A stretch of DNA of 64,000 nt from Veleropilina oligotropha. Its lineage: Eukaryota. Position 1 is the stretch's first letter. Every line of letters begins with the position of its first letter. The notes under the pieces are model-generated. The model made no database searches, was not told where the DNA came from, and saw nothing but the letters and a program-made list of their open reading frames with translations. The stretch spans positions 310,001 to 374,000 of the forward strand of contig JBEUKZ010000023.1 in NCBI GenBank assembly GCA_048128005.1. Direction: 5' to 3'. Shown in pieces: positions 1-13,000 of this stretch. The position numbers were made by a program, and so were the translations under genes.

Positions 1-908
1 TACCTCCTTGATTATGAGCCTGTTTAGATCACGATAATATATGCAGACTCTGAAATCACTGGCTTGACTGCTCTGTGTAAAGTGCCCCCTGTGGCAAACA
101 ACATCATTACGTGATCAAGAAATGTCAAACAACGTGTTTTAAAGGATGTCAACAATTTGACATTATGTCATCGCTAGGAAGTTGTTATTGTTGCAATTTG
201 TTTAAGTTATTAATAAATGAATGATGGTGTTGCGTAGTAGCTACGTAGTTATGATGCTAAATCCCGAAGTCATGCAGAGACCTGAATTTGATTTGATCTC
301 AAAGCATAATATATCCTGGGAATTGTTCAACTATCGCAATCAAAGTGGCCAATTTCTCCTTCATTTTTGACGTATTACTATGATTTAGTCAAGTTATTAA
401 AATGCACATGTATGAATGATATATATTTCTTACTGAAATTGGTGTGCACCCAATGTTGCCCGATCACTTTAACCTATAACAAAAAAAACCTTGTCAACAA
501 GGTATCTAGAGCTAGTTCACATTTTGATATAATCTTCTAATCCTAATAAAGAATCCATTTATCTAATGGATTACTTGTTATTGAATGAACAACCTTGACC
601 TTGCTGTAAGTGCATTTCACACTTGACTGTCATCGTGAACAACATGAAAAAACATACACATGCACATATCTTGTTTACAGGTACAGGTAATGTAAACAAA
701 GGATGTTTACTGGAGCGATCAGAAAATGAAAACGACTTATTAATGGATGATCAGTATGCATATGCGAACTGTTAATTAAATAAATTTCCATTAAATCTCG
801 CTAAAATGACACACGGCACACCTTAGAATCGAATTGACGTACCTGGCCCAGCATCATAACCACTAGGTTACGCCGCCACTTTATCATTACCAGTAATGTT
901 CCATTAAA

Positions 909-1247
909 AACTAGAATGCCCGGTCACCCGTGACTCTTGGCCATATGTATCCCTGGAAAATCCAAGATGGTAGCCACGGCAGCCATTTTGGAGGTCGGAC
1001 CACACCCGAATTATATAGATTTAGTGTTAATAATGACCATACTAAATTTGACAACATACCATTGAGAAATGACCTGTCTAGAGCAACCAATGTGCACACC
1101 AATTAGAAAACATTGCGTTACGAAATGACCTGCCTAGAGCGATCAAGAGGAATCTCTCGGTGGATGCAACGGCAGTGGCGTAACGGAAGCTAAACCATAT
1201 GTAGTATCCACTGAAGGTTATCGGGGGGGGGGGGGGGGGGACACAAT
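909..1247 (+). mobile_element. Helentron/HINE-like element, single-monomer relative of the 6.2 kb copy
   Basis: AACTAGAA start; shares aaaatccaagatgg...cggccat...ggaggtcggaccacacc and gcgtaacgga(a/c)gctaaaccata with 6232-6812. Confidence 0.7.
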
Positions 1248-1993
1248 AACTCTCTCCATGGTCATCTCAGGTCTCCGACAACTTTTCTACCTCGATCACA
1301 TAATATAATAGAGAAATGATACATCTCACACGGAAGTACTTCACGTTTACTTTTTCATTACCCATTTGTACTAGCCGTGCAAATTTCTGAGTATTGTCGT
1401 TTCAGGTTATTATAGCCAATTTTCCTTCGATAACAACAATAACATCAACAACATGTAAATTGAATTGTTGGAGGAAAAGGCTCAGACACTAACAGCATCA
1501 TTGCAAACCAATTACATTTATATTTTGCATAGCCCTCAGGATACGAAATACGGATAACAATGAAACAAAACCTGACACAGTTTACCAGTGGTTTCGCACA
1601 TTTAATCCCTGTATGGTCATGAACTTTATACATACATGACCTGCTCTGTTTCGATGTTTACAAGACCCCAGAGAGCCTTACAAGCTGTTCAACAACCACT
1701 TTCCCTTGATTATTGTGGCCAGACAACTCTGGTGACCTCCCCAGGGTCACGACCCAAGATTGACCCAAACAGGGTATTATTGTTGTCAATAATGCTGCAG
1801 CCAACTTGGTGTTTCAGACGCAGGGATCAAAACATGATCGCAAAGACTTAGAGAAATGGATCTGCATGTAAACACTAATAAAAATACCTACATATAATGT
1901 GTTTCTTCCACAGACAGAATATACCATTTCGTATTATATTTTAATTAACTTATAAATATCAGATCTTGTAGAGTAATTTAATTACATAAACTA

Positions 1994-2580
1994 AACAAGA
2001 ACCACGGTCCGATATGTCTCGCCCTTTAAATATATATATCAATGTATCAGAAAATTCCATTCAATAACAGTTCCAGAGTATCAGGTGTTGTCCATAACCA
2101 TTACCAATGCATATATGTATGCATAAAAGTGCCTTTAGCAACCCATATAAGCTCAATGAAAAACTTTAACAAAAATGTATATGTCCAAAAACACCAATTT
2201 CATGCATTATTTATATAAAATTCCATTCAATAACAGTTCCAGAGTATCAGGTGTTGTCCATATAACCATTACCAATGCATATGTATGCATAAAAGTGCCT
2301 TTAGCAACCCATAAAAGCTCAATGAAAAACTTTAACCAAAATTTCTATGTCCAAAAACACCAATTTCATGCATTATTTATATAAAATTCCATTCAATAAC
2401 AGTTCCAGAGTATCAGGTGTTGTCCATATAACCATTACCAATGCATATGTATGCATAAAAGTGCCTTTAGCAACCCATACACATGCAATGAAAAACTTTA
2501 ACCCAGAATGACACGACGCCGACGACGCCGCCGGAAAATGTAATCCCTAAGTCTCGCTTTCCCTTCGGGGCGAGACAAAA
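1994..2580 (+). mobile_element. Helentron/HINE-like element with three ~166-bp tandem monomers
   Basis: AACAAG start, subterminal gtctcgccc / gggcgagac, (GAC/GCC)n and a 3' hairpin; monomers start near 2052, 2217 and 2384. Confidence 0.75.
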
Positions 2581-3103
2581 ACGGTTCTTGTTTGCATTGA
2601 TAATACATATTATTATTGTTAATATTTAACGTTTGTAGTGTAATCTTCCACAGTTCACAGCATAAAATTTTTCACGATATTAATGTAGTGATGCAGATAC
2701 ACCATATAACACATAATATATAATATATATCTTTAAAATTAGGAAAACGTTGGCTGCACTGGTAGCCGAATGGATCAAGAGCGCAGAAGTATGTTTGAAT
2801 CCTAGATCAGGTACTTTTTTCAGTTAACAATTATTACATGTATGTGTAGTTGTCCATAACTGGTCGATGCGGGCAGGTTTTCCCTGTGATAAGGACATCC
2901 TCGTATGAACATGAACTTTGTTAAAAACGAGACAATAATTACGACGTGAGCCAAACTAATTGTGAAAACAACAATTATAATATGTGAACCAAAGAAGAAA
3001 TCTTTGTGATCCATCAAAACTGTTGATGTTAAATATAGAAATATCACAAACATTGATAAATGTATCAAACTGGAACATGTATATGAATCATAATGTAACT
3101 TAA

Positions 3104-3732
3104 AGATGCATTGCCCGCAATTATCGCTTTAATATTGCCAAACAAAGCCTTACTTACCTATTTGTGGATGTTACAAAAAGTTTTGATGATTCAAATTGGA
3201 AGAATGAACATTGTTTGCTGTTTTATAATAATCAATCCCCGTTGAAATCGCTGCCGGCTATCGAAATTTACAATGAATGGCGACAATTTTGGTGGAGACC
3301 AGTTAACTCGTTCAACGCCGTAAGTTACGGCGTATTGTCAAAATTATTTTATGTCAAACTGTTCATCGAAACATGCAGACGTTTGGTCAAATATGAAAAA
3401 TGTATGGTCTAAATTGCATGCAATGCGACGTTAGTGTAAAATAGTACATCAGTTATAATGTTGCATCTCAACTTTCCACAATTCCCATGCTAACTTCGGT
3501 CGTGGACAACTTGGATGAAATTTCTGACGGCGAGATGCCCGTTACCCATAATAAAACTGAACCCGGTTTAATTATTTATTACTTTTTAATTCGTAGGTGC
3601 TCCAGGGACCGCGCCTTTAGGTTTTTTTTGAAAAATTACAAAGTTTCTAACTTTGGCTAACTGGCAAAAATACATTTGAGGTCTAGGGTTTAAAATTAAA
3701 AGCATTTTTCGCTACTTATGGGCAATGCAACT
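3104..3732. mobile_element. Non-autonomous TIR element with TTAA flanks (Kolobok-like)
   Basis: ttaa|agatgcattgccc ... gggcaatgcaact|ttaa. Confidence 0.7.
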
Positions 3733-4380
3733 TTAATCAAAATATAAGTCACTCTGACCTATGTGGCCAGCATTTAATAATACAAATTGGCACTCTAACA
3801 CAATAACAGAACTGGTATCATGATACACTCACAAGATTTGACCTGCATCAAATCAATTTTTATGGAGCTACATAGTCCAAACAGGAAACACATTATTGGA
3901 GTACTAAAGCGATGAGTCATATATATTTCAAACATTGCCTGGGTGAACCAAACTAGGAGCATCGAGGGCTAGGTTATACACATTATTTAACCATAGCAGC
4001 AAGTCAAACATGGTGGCTACAAAATAAAGATCACAAACACATTGTTTTGATACTCATCTAAGTAATCAGTTGCAAGAGCAAGTTTATAATATCGCACGAA
4101 GGCTTTTAAATTAACAATATGAAACATAAAGGTTACCAGTTCAGCTGGCATTACTAAGTTATTTAACCAAGGAAGTAAGTCACACAGGGTGGGTTCAAAG
4201 TAATGAAGTCGAGGCCACACCCACGATGTTTTCATAATCATTCTAGCAATTGGTTGAAAAACAGGTTTATAATATCGATCAAGAGGCTTAAAAATAAACA
4301 ATCATATGCAGCTTATTTTAAAGGTTAAAAATCAAGAGGAAATCATTATGTTACAAGTTTAATAATAAGAGTTGAAATTT

Positions 4381-6196
4381 ACGGTATCATATGATATTTT
4401 GACCCCATGGTGAAATGACATTAAGGTATTATGACTATGGGGGGGGGGGGGGTCATTTTACCGCCATGGTAAAATGACTCGCTCTATGGAAAAGTCACCA
4501 ATGCCAAAATTCTACTATGGTAAAATGACTAGCCCAAGTTTAGTTTTAGGATATTGACACAGTTGAGTAATACACTTTACAGAATACATATGCAATGAAT
4601 TGTGCCATAATGATAATCATATGTTGAAGATTTATATATATATATATATATATTAATTATATAACTTCACATATATGGTAATCTCTAAACCAGCATAACT
4701 TTATGCAAAGAATACATTCAAAAAGAGTTAAATCCCACTTTACGGAACTGAAGTGGAATCAGCATCTTTAATAGACTACTTAAATTTTGAATGCATGTCA
4801 CAACTTTTATAAAAAATTATAATCAAAATTACATTTATAAAATTATAATATATTACAATTTATGAGCAATACAACTGAACATTTGAGAATATTTAATTTT
4901 AATTAATATTAATTGAAACATAAAAATGAATTTTCCTACATATTTCTTTCATATAATAATATTATGATCTGATATTGATTGTTTTAACACTAACAATGAT
5001 CAATGAAACTGCAGGTGAACAAGGAGGATTAAGGGCCAAATTGTTTTGAAGATAATTAATGACTTGTATTGTGTGATCACATAAATAAAGTGTATGTAAT
5101 ATGTATGTGGACACAGTTACCACTAGATATACAATAATTATTGCCAAATTAATTACTTCAGAATATAGTATACGTTATTTTATTTTCTCTTGGATATAAA
5201 TATACATGCAAGTGTATTGTAATAGCGTTTTCACTTCGCATTATTCAAACGAAAATATGTCACCAGAATTTGTTGCCTTGAAAGTTCCTTTTGATTTCCT
5301 GTAAATTCGCTTTTCAAGCATGATTTATGCCAAAACGCAATATCTGCCCAAGTTAATTTTTCCAATCGCAAATATTTTGGAAACAATTATATTTCAACAT
5401 GAAATATTGTCAATGTTTGTTACTAAATAACATAATACATATTTAACGTTATCTTGGGGTCGCGAGTTTGATACGTACGTTTATCCTGTGAGCATTGAAA
5501 ATGTCACACGAGAAGAAGTCTAGTGTGATATTATCATAGCGAACAGGATAAACGTACGTATCAAACGAGACGCCACAGGGTAACATTTTTATTTTCATTT
5601 TATTTAAAAAAAAAACTTACTTTATATGCCTGTCAATGCTGAACAATGACTAAGCAATGAATAACGTCATGTTAAATTGCACCTTACGGATTATTATAAG
5701 TTTAAAATAACCTGGATATTTGAAAATCTGTGGAAAAGATTAGTCATATACATAAAATGTATACGACTGAATCTCAAAGAAATACTTGAAAACACTTGAT
5801 TATCTCCCGCAGAAGCCAATGATGTCTTGCAGACTACGTGTAGTTTGAAACCAAAACGTCGAGTTTGACGCGAGTATTTGTTACACTCCACGTGACGTCA
5901 TTTTGACCAATCAGACGTCATGGATTTCGCGAATTGAAAATAAAGGGTATTGTTCATAAAATGAACAAATTCCGTTACAGAAGTGGGTAGTACTTCAAAC
6001 ATTGTAATACCACAGTGGCAAAATAACTCTAGTCCTTTTAGCATAATGTTAAAATGACCCGGGTCATGATATCATGGGGGTTGATCTACCATACTATGGG
6101 GGGGGGCATTTTACCATAAGGCGGGTCATTTTATCGCTATGGTAAAGTGACCCGCAGGTCACTTGTCCATGGGGGTCATTATACCTTCTGACAACG
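4381..6196. mobile_element. Degenerate TIR element with subterminal ctatggtaaaatgac repeats and a nested hairpin element
   Basis: The ends acggtatcatatgatattttgaccccatgg and ccatgggggtcattataccttctgacaacgg are imperfect inverted repeats. Confidence 0.55.
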
Positions 6197-6231
6197 GCAA
6201 TGACAAATGGTTTGTAATGAAGAAAGTCTTT

Positions 6232-6812
6232 AACTAGAACGCTCAGTCACAAGTGACCGCATATGGAATGATGCTTTAAAATCCAAGATGGTGGCCACAA
6301 CGGCCATCTTGGAGCTCGGACCACACCCAAAATCGATAGGTGTCGTATCCTCGCCCCAACCAATGCACATACCAAATTTGAAAACATTCCGTTAAGAAAT
6401 GGTCCATCTTGAGCGATCACAAGGAATTGTGCTTAAAATCCATGATGGAAGCCACAGCGGCCATCTTGGAGGTCGGATCACACCCATTTTCTATAGGTGT
6501 AGTGTCCTCACCCCAACCAATGCACATACCAAATTTGAAAACTTTCCGTTAAGAAATGGCCTGTCTAGAGCGATCACAAGGAATTATGCTTAAAATCCAA
6601 GATGGAGGCCACAGCGGCCATCTTGGCAGTCGGATCACACTCAAATTCTATAGGTGTCATGTCCTCGCCCCAACCAATGCACATACCAAATATGAAAACA
6701 TTCCGTTAAGAAATAGCCTGTCTAGAACGATCACGAGGAATCTCTCAGCGGACGCGGCGTAACGGACGCTAAACCATAATATCCCCCGACACTTTGTTTC
6801 GGGGGGATACAA
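6232..6812 (+). mobile_element. Helentron/HINE-like element with three ~157-bp tandem monomers
   Basis: AACTAGAA start, monomers at ~6272, 6430 and 6587, 3' hairpin atcccccgac...tcggggggat. Confidence 0.78.
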
Positions 6813-7262
6813 TTAGCATAAGATGTCAGCTATATTGTCTGTTAAAAATCTGAAACAGGATATGCAAATCTCGTGTTGGACAACACGACATATGTCCGAT
6901 CGGATGATGAGATCTCAAATGAAATATCACTGAATGCACATCCTAAGATGATAAACCATTGTTAGGGGGGAAACACAATGAGCCAATCGCCCACATGCAT
7001 CGTCATTATAACAGCAGCTGCATCAATATGTCTCATTTCTGAACATGCACATGTATATTCTCAATGCATCTTCAACTTTGTCTATTAATAATAATTGAAA
7101 TCAACTCGCAAGTCGATTAGATCTATGCTTATAATATATTATTATAGGCATATTATATGAGCATTAGGGGCAGTGTATGTATCAGAAATCAAGGTTAGCT
7201 AACTCTTATCTGGGGAATACTATATATTATTATATGGATCTTGGTTGGTAGTTATGCAACAC

Positions 7263-7886
7263 TGTGTTAGATTCAGGCAAAACCAGAAACCGATTTTAGG
7301 TTTCTGTTTGTTCGTTTTACAGAAACTAAAACCAGTTTTGCGAAACCCTGAAATCATCCCTTGTGCAGGTTTCGTAGGTTTGCGGGTTCAGTGTTTTGTG
7401 AAATCTACCATTTGTTTCACGTACAACAGTGCATTGGTAACACTGACAGGATGGGTGATAGGGGAGTGAACAGCAAGGACGATTCCGTTATTAGTGAAGA
7501 GTTGGACTCCAGTCAGTTGTCACATGGTAATGTGGCATATCACACAATTCACAGCATATCGTTTGCCAGATCAAAAATATGCCATTTAATAAGCCAACCG
7601 ACCCAGGTTGTCTTTAATATGAATACAATAACTTTTACAAGTACTACAGAAACGAGTGTGCTAACAGAAAGTACTAGTTGTCTAACGTTACTTTCAGCAG
7701 AGGCAGCAATGAACTGGACAATGTCACAACGGAGACTCAAAGTGATATATAACACTAGTCTACAATGTCTCTACATATTCTCAACCATATAGGTTACGGT
7801 TTTAAAAGCTGATTGTAGGATGTTCTATTTGGAATTTGAAACCCAATGAAATCGAAACCGGTTTCATGTAAATCGAACACAGCCTA
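7263..7886. mobile_element. Degenerate MITE
   Basis: ctgtgttagattc...aaacc versus ggtttcatgtaaatcgaacacagccta, inverted ends. Confidence 0.5.
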
Positions 7887-8019
7887 AGACACGGAGCTAC
7901 CTATGTGTAATTAATGCTCTGGAACCAGTTGGTCAACATGGAATCTCGTGATGGTATGGAACAATGAAGTGTATAATCTGGCTAGTAATTGCTAAGTAAG
8001 ACGCACACTGGTGGGAACA

Positions 8020-8057
<38 letters not shown>

Positions 8058-8112
8058 TAAACTTCACCTTTACCTTAAACTACAGGTGCCCCAATTAATT
8101 TTTAACCGTTAC

Positions 8113-8838
8113 CTTCGGTGGTGTGCAGAACTCAAGCATATGTCCACCTGCTGTGTTGACAATGGCCATTTTCGTCTTTTCCCATTTGGACTTGCCCTTG
8201 GAGTCTTCTCCTGCTAAAATACAAACTACGCCTTCCTTCAGACATTCGATAGTCTGTGGCTCCAAACGACTAAGTCGATTTTTACTTGAAGAATTTTTCT
8301 CTGAGCGGAAACTATGGTGCTTTTGCTTTTTCAATTGTTTGTTATTATTTGCATTGTCCGTCGCGTCTGTCTCCGAGGAATTCTGTTTGAACACGCCGCG
8401 GCGGCGAATATTTCTTAAAGAAAATCGTCGAAATATCGTCTTTTTCGACTTCGGCGAGGACGCGCCGTGCTGTCGGGGGAGAGTTCCTCCGTCGGGTTGA
8501 TCGGCGTAATCCCCATCATCGCTTCTCAACCTGTCGCCATTTTGATGTAGACGCGACGGACCCTCAGGGAGGGAAGAATCCACACTGCCCGACGACGGGA
8601 CTCTGGTTTTCACGCGGGTTGAACCTCCGTCGTAGCCCATTAGTCGCAGTTTTCGATCGAAATATTGTAGGAAATAATCGACAAACTTCCTAGCAAAATC
8701 TAATGGTTCCTTCGGCGTTTCGGGTGTCGTTGTTTGGTGTTGTTCAGAATAAACGATAAAGTTACGTGAAAATTCATCGGCGGCTGTAGCGGCGTGGTCC
8801 TCGCAAAACTCAATCCAGCTCGGTCGAAATGAAGCCAT
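8113..8838 (-). CDS. SH2B1: SH2B-family adaptor (SH2B1/Lnk-like), first coding exon; the gene continues towards and probably beyond the window start
   Basis: ORF 8095..8871 reads MASFRPSWIEFCEDHAATAADEFSRNF...DFARKFVDYFLQYFD (Phe-zipper), a basic patch KKTIFRRFSLRNIRRR, then the PH-domain start KEGVV...KSKWEKTKMAIV...MLEFCTPPK. First in-frame ATG at 8838 with in-frame TAA just upstream of the ORF; donor AAG|GTAACG at 8113/8112. Paralogue name is nominal. Confidence 0.88.
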
Positions 8839-9007
8839 ATCAACGCCGTTTATCACTGCCACCGTTTCCACATATTATCGTCTGCTAAACATAATGAAAT
8901 AGATTATAATCACTGAAGCAGACGACTGGACGGAGCCAACGAACCCAATGTGTGAAAAACAAGGTGCGCAGTTGACTTCTGCGCATTCATTCATACCCGT
9001 ATGTAAC

Positions 9008-9015
9008 CCGGAAGT
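9008..9015. promoter_or_regulatory. ETS-type motif CCGGAAGT ~170 bp upstream of the SH2B ATG (candidate promoter element)
   Basis: Exact consensus in a promoter-like position; motif only. Confidence 0.35.
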
Positions 9016-9851
9016 TTTATTCATAGATTAAAGAAACAGGCAAAGCCGATTAAAATATGTGTTTAACGGTAAATCCAATCCCGTAATGCAATTAAAGGGA
9101 TCGCATAATCACGAAAGACAAATAAATACAATTCACACTCTGTATGGTCAACATCATTTTGGACAATCCCGTTGTCTTGCTGAAACACGCACTTGACCGT
9201 TGTTTATGGCGTTTGTATTAGCACCTTGTTGGAAGTAGAAATGCATGTTCAGTAATGGATCATTGATTTGTTCGTTTCGTTGATCTATTTACGAGGTAGG
9301 TCGTTCACCTTGTCGGTCATTTAGTACTATTTAACATTCAGGTGTAGTTTAAAATAGATGTATTCACATTATAATATGGTTTAAATGGATTTATTTTACA
9401 TGGAGCATGATAAAAACAGACACTGTCTTTAATCACTGGTAATCATTAATCACTGGTAAAGTAATCATTAATATAAGGCGTATATAAAATATTAATCACT
9501 GAATAGCAGACAGCTACAATGGTTTCTTATACGAGTGGCAGTACATGTAAAGGCACTTTCTATATTAAGTCGGGGACCAAGATACTATAAGTAGGGGGCC
9601 CCAAGTTATTAAATTTGGAGACCGAGATAATTACGTTGGAGGCCAAATTAATTAAGATACCAAGCTATAGTATACCGACAGAACATCGATTTGCTAAAAA
9701 TACATTTGGCTTTGTCGGTTAAGGTTATATTTCCTTCTAATGTCCTGTTGCATATATATATATATATGGTCGAAACTTCATGAAGCCGACATAATTGATC
9801 ACCGTGAATAAAAAGCGTACGCTGTTAATTCAATATCAACATTTATTACCA

Positions 9852-10036
9852 TACTGTAAAACCCTATTTGTTAGCGAGCCTTAAAATTACGCGAGTTTCG
9901 CGTTAGCAAAATATTCGCGAAATTAATTCAACTGCCTAAAAATGTGCATTGCATTTAAAATTCGTTAAAAAGGTGTATTGTTCCATTTTGAAATTAGCTA
10001 AATATTAAGGCTGCCAAAATATATGGTTTTACAGTA
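9852..10036. mobile_element. MITE with TACTGTAAA...TTTACAGTA ends (TA flanks)
   Basis: tactgtaaaaccctatttg / atatatggttttacagta inverted termini. Confidence 0.7.
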
Positions 10037-13000
10037 TCTTATATTTTATTTCTGGATATGGTAATCTCTAAACCAGCATAACTTTATGCAAAGAATACCT
10101 ACAAAAAGAGTTAGATTAATTCAAAGTAAATCAAACTTCATGGAACAGAAGTGGAATCAGCATCTTTAAATGAGAACCGCGGTAATCCGGTAAAACCGCA
10201 GTAATCCGGTAAAACCGTGCACCTCTAGTCAATGATTCATACATTGAATTATATATATAAAGTGTACGTATGGGGCATTTACTTTTTGTGACGCATCGTC
10301 GAGGGTCTGTATGTATACTGTATGAACTCTGCGCAGGTGAAGTGTTGTTATATTCCCAAAACAGTAATCTTGCAAAGGAATGATGGAGGGGGAAATTCAA
10401 GAGTATATTTTTGGCAGCAATTTAAATGTATTATATATATATATATAATATTAAGAAAAACATCTTAGGAGTCGCATATCTTCTATCACAGTACTTTGGT
10501 GGGATTAAGTTCATTTTTCCTTGATTGTCGTATATTTGCACTATAACGTTGGATATTACCAATGTACAATTGTGTAAATAATTCATCCAGCTAAATGTAT
10601 GCTAACAATTTATTGAATGACAGTTGGTCAACCAGAGAAATGACAATCAAGATTTCAAAGAGGGTAGCTATGACAAATATCATTTTGGCACTAATGTGCA
10701 CCATTAAAACCTATGTTATTATGATGCAGTTATAATTACTAAGAAACAATTAGACATTGATTGAAACTGAAGTTTATTGATATCGTTGAAAACACATAAA
10801 AATAAGATTATGAAAGCATGTTTTCCCCCAAAAAACATCTCCGACCAGTTACGGATAGCTGTGATTCATAATTTGAACAAATGTGTGCTGCTCCTGCCGA
10901 GGTTTGAACCCACCACTGTTCATGTCAGCGGAATCAAGTCAGTGATTTTCGGAGTCCACAACCGATACCACACGACTGTCGAAGCGTCCCAAATTGGACA
11001 AAGCTAAGTGTAGGTTATACCACGAGGTTTGGTTGTCTAATCGGAAAAGCCTGCAGTTAATCAACGAGGCGCGAAGCGCCGAGTTGATCAACTGCACGGG
11101 CTTTTCCGATTAGATAAAACAAACAGAGTGATATTACCGAATTAAACCATTGCAAAAGTGTAAAATAATTTAAAATATGTGATTTTAATAACCTAATACA
11201 CCCAATTTTAGTGTAAGAAAGTAGTCCCCCGTGGTCTAACTGACAATATCGTCAGTTAGACCACGGGCCAAGACAATAGAATGACGTCATAAAAATGGTT
11301 TAAGAGCTCCATAAATCACAGACAAGGGTAGCAGTGGTTGTCTAACACTATTTGATACCTAAAATAGCAATGGCCTTGAATTTCTTTGATAGATTCTTAA
11401 TGTTCTGTTTTTATCAACCTTCGGGTTCATTACCTGGATGTGCATATAATCGCTGGAGGAAAGCTCGGTCGCCCAGATAAACCAATCTTCACCACCTAAT
11501 TATGGAGATCTGTGTCTGTTAACTGAACAAAGATTGCCCTGCCAAGGGGTCAAAACTACTTTTGTTAGAACAGTCAAGTGAGTGGCTCCTGAGTCTGTGC
11601 TATCGGTGGTCACTAAAATAACAACGGCAGGAATATAACCGTTAAATATAAAAATTTGAAAATACAATTGTGCGTTTCAGGAGGTAGAACCCAGATACAC
11701 GATTAACTACAAGAGTTAACGCTTAACACAGCAGACTTGGGTGTCGTAATAATCAACCTGAAAATATACTTGAACAAAAGGAAATAACATTCAAAATATT
11801 AGCAACATCGTTCAACTAAAATAAATGAACACATTAAAGTTGTCACCATTTAAATATTTTGATTGCACCAAACGATCTACATTGTTAGCCATTTATGTTA
11901 ATGTACTTGTAAGTATATTTTTATCTGCAAATATTAAAAGTAATATTTTAATGAATAACGGTCAATATCATTTTAATGACGTACAACATGCTTTTATAAG
12001 CTTATACAGTGTAGTTGATTCTTGATATAAATAAATATATGTACAATATCACACAAATACTAACGTATAGTGTAGATTTAACATCTATCTGTACACTGAC
12101 ACAAATATTACAATTAAAATGATAAGAACCATTCGACCTGATATCCAGGAGATTAATTAATGCGATAATGTCATTTATATACATCGTCTAAGAATATCAA
12201 ACTGAAAACATAAAATAATGCCAAGAAATAACAAAACATTACAATAGTATGTAATAAAAACAACACCATTTGAAAATGTACTTAGAACAACCATGCACCT
12301 TGGTTCATGAATCCTTTGCTATACAATATATTTAAGGCAATGTTCAACAGTTGAAAATGTGCAATTAGGAATGAAGATATCAATAATAAATACCCCACCT
12401 TCATATAAATAAGCCCTCAATTTTTTAAACATGGTAACATTGTTAACGAGGAGCCACATATTATGCACACATAGTCGATTGCATATCAGTATTAATGTTT
12501 TCAGTCTATCATTGACTCGACATTATATGTAATACTGTTTTCACCCAAAATGCTATGTAAAAATTAAATGCTGCCATTTTCTTTCGAGTGCTCTAGTGGA
12601 TGTGAAAATTTCCATTCCCTTTGTTATATTATTACACCCTTGACTTCAATAAACAGATATTCATATCATACGTGATGAACTGGTAAAATAATGACAGAAG
12701 ACTACGAGTTTGAATTACCAGAGGTGGAACGTTTGGAGGTACATGTAATGAACTTCATATATATATTACCATCACAACAGTAAATATAGCAGACTGTGGT
12801 TACTTATACAGAACACTGAGTTACGATCCATAGGCTACAATTCTGATTGGTTGATCGACGACATGAGGTTGACAAATTCATATGCTTTCTATATGTGGCT
12901 TATGCTGCATTTGATACCACTGGTGTTTACGGTTAATACGACCTGCTGCATGTACATGTATATTGCATTCGGAACCTTTTTCAAGTCATAACTTGAAATT

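Noticed and set aside
1223..1240. Poly-G runs (also ~4439, ~57572) as G-quadruplexes
   Set aside because: Simple homopolymers, mostly inside repeat ends; no evidence of function.
2752..2812. tRNA-like sequences here and at ~23490-23575
   Set aside because: Degenerate SINE heads; no complete cloverleaf.
1..8112. Further SH2B exons (rest of PH, SH2)
   Set aside because: None found by eye. They probably lie beyond the window start, though a short exon could have been missed.
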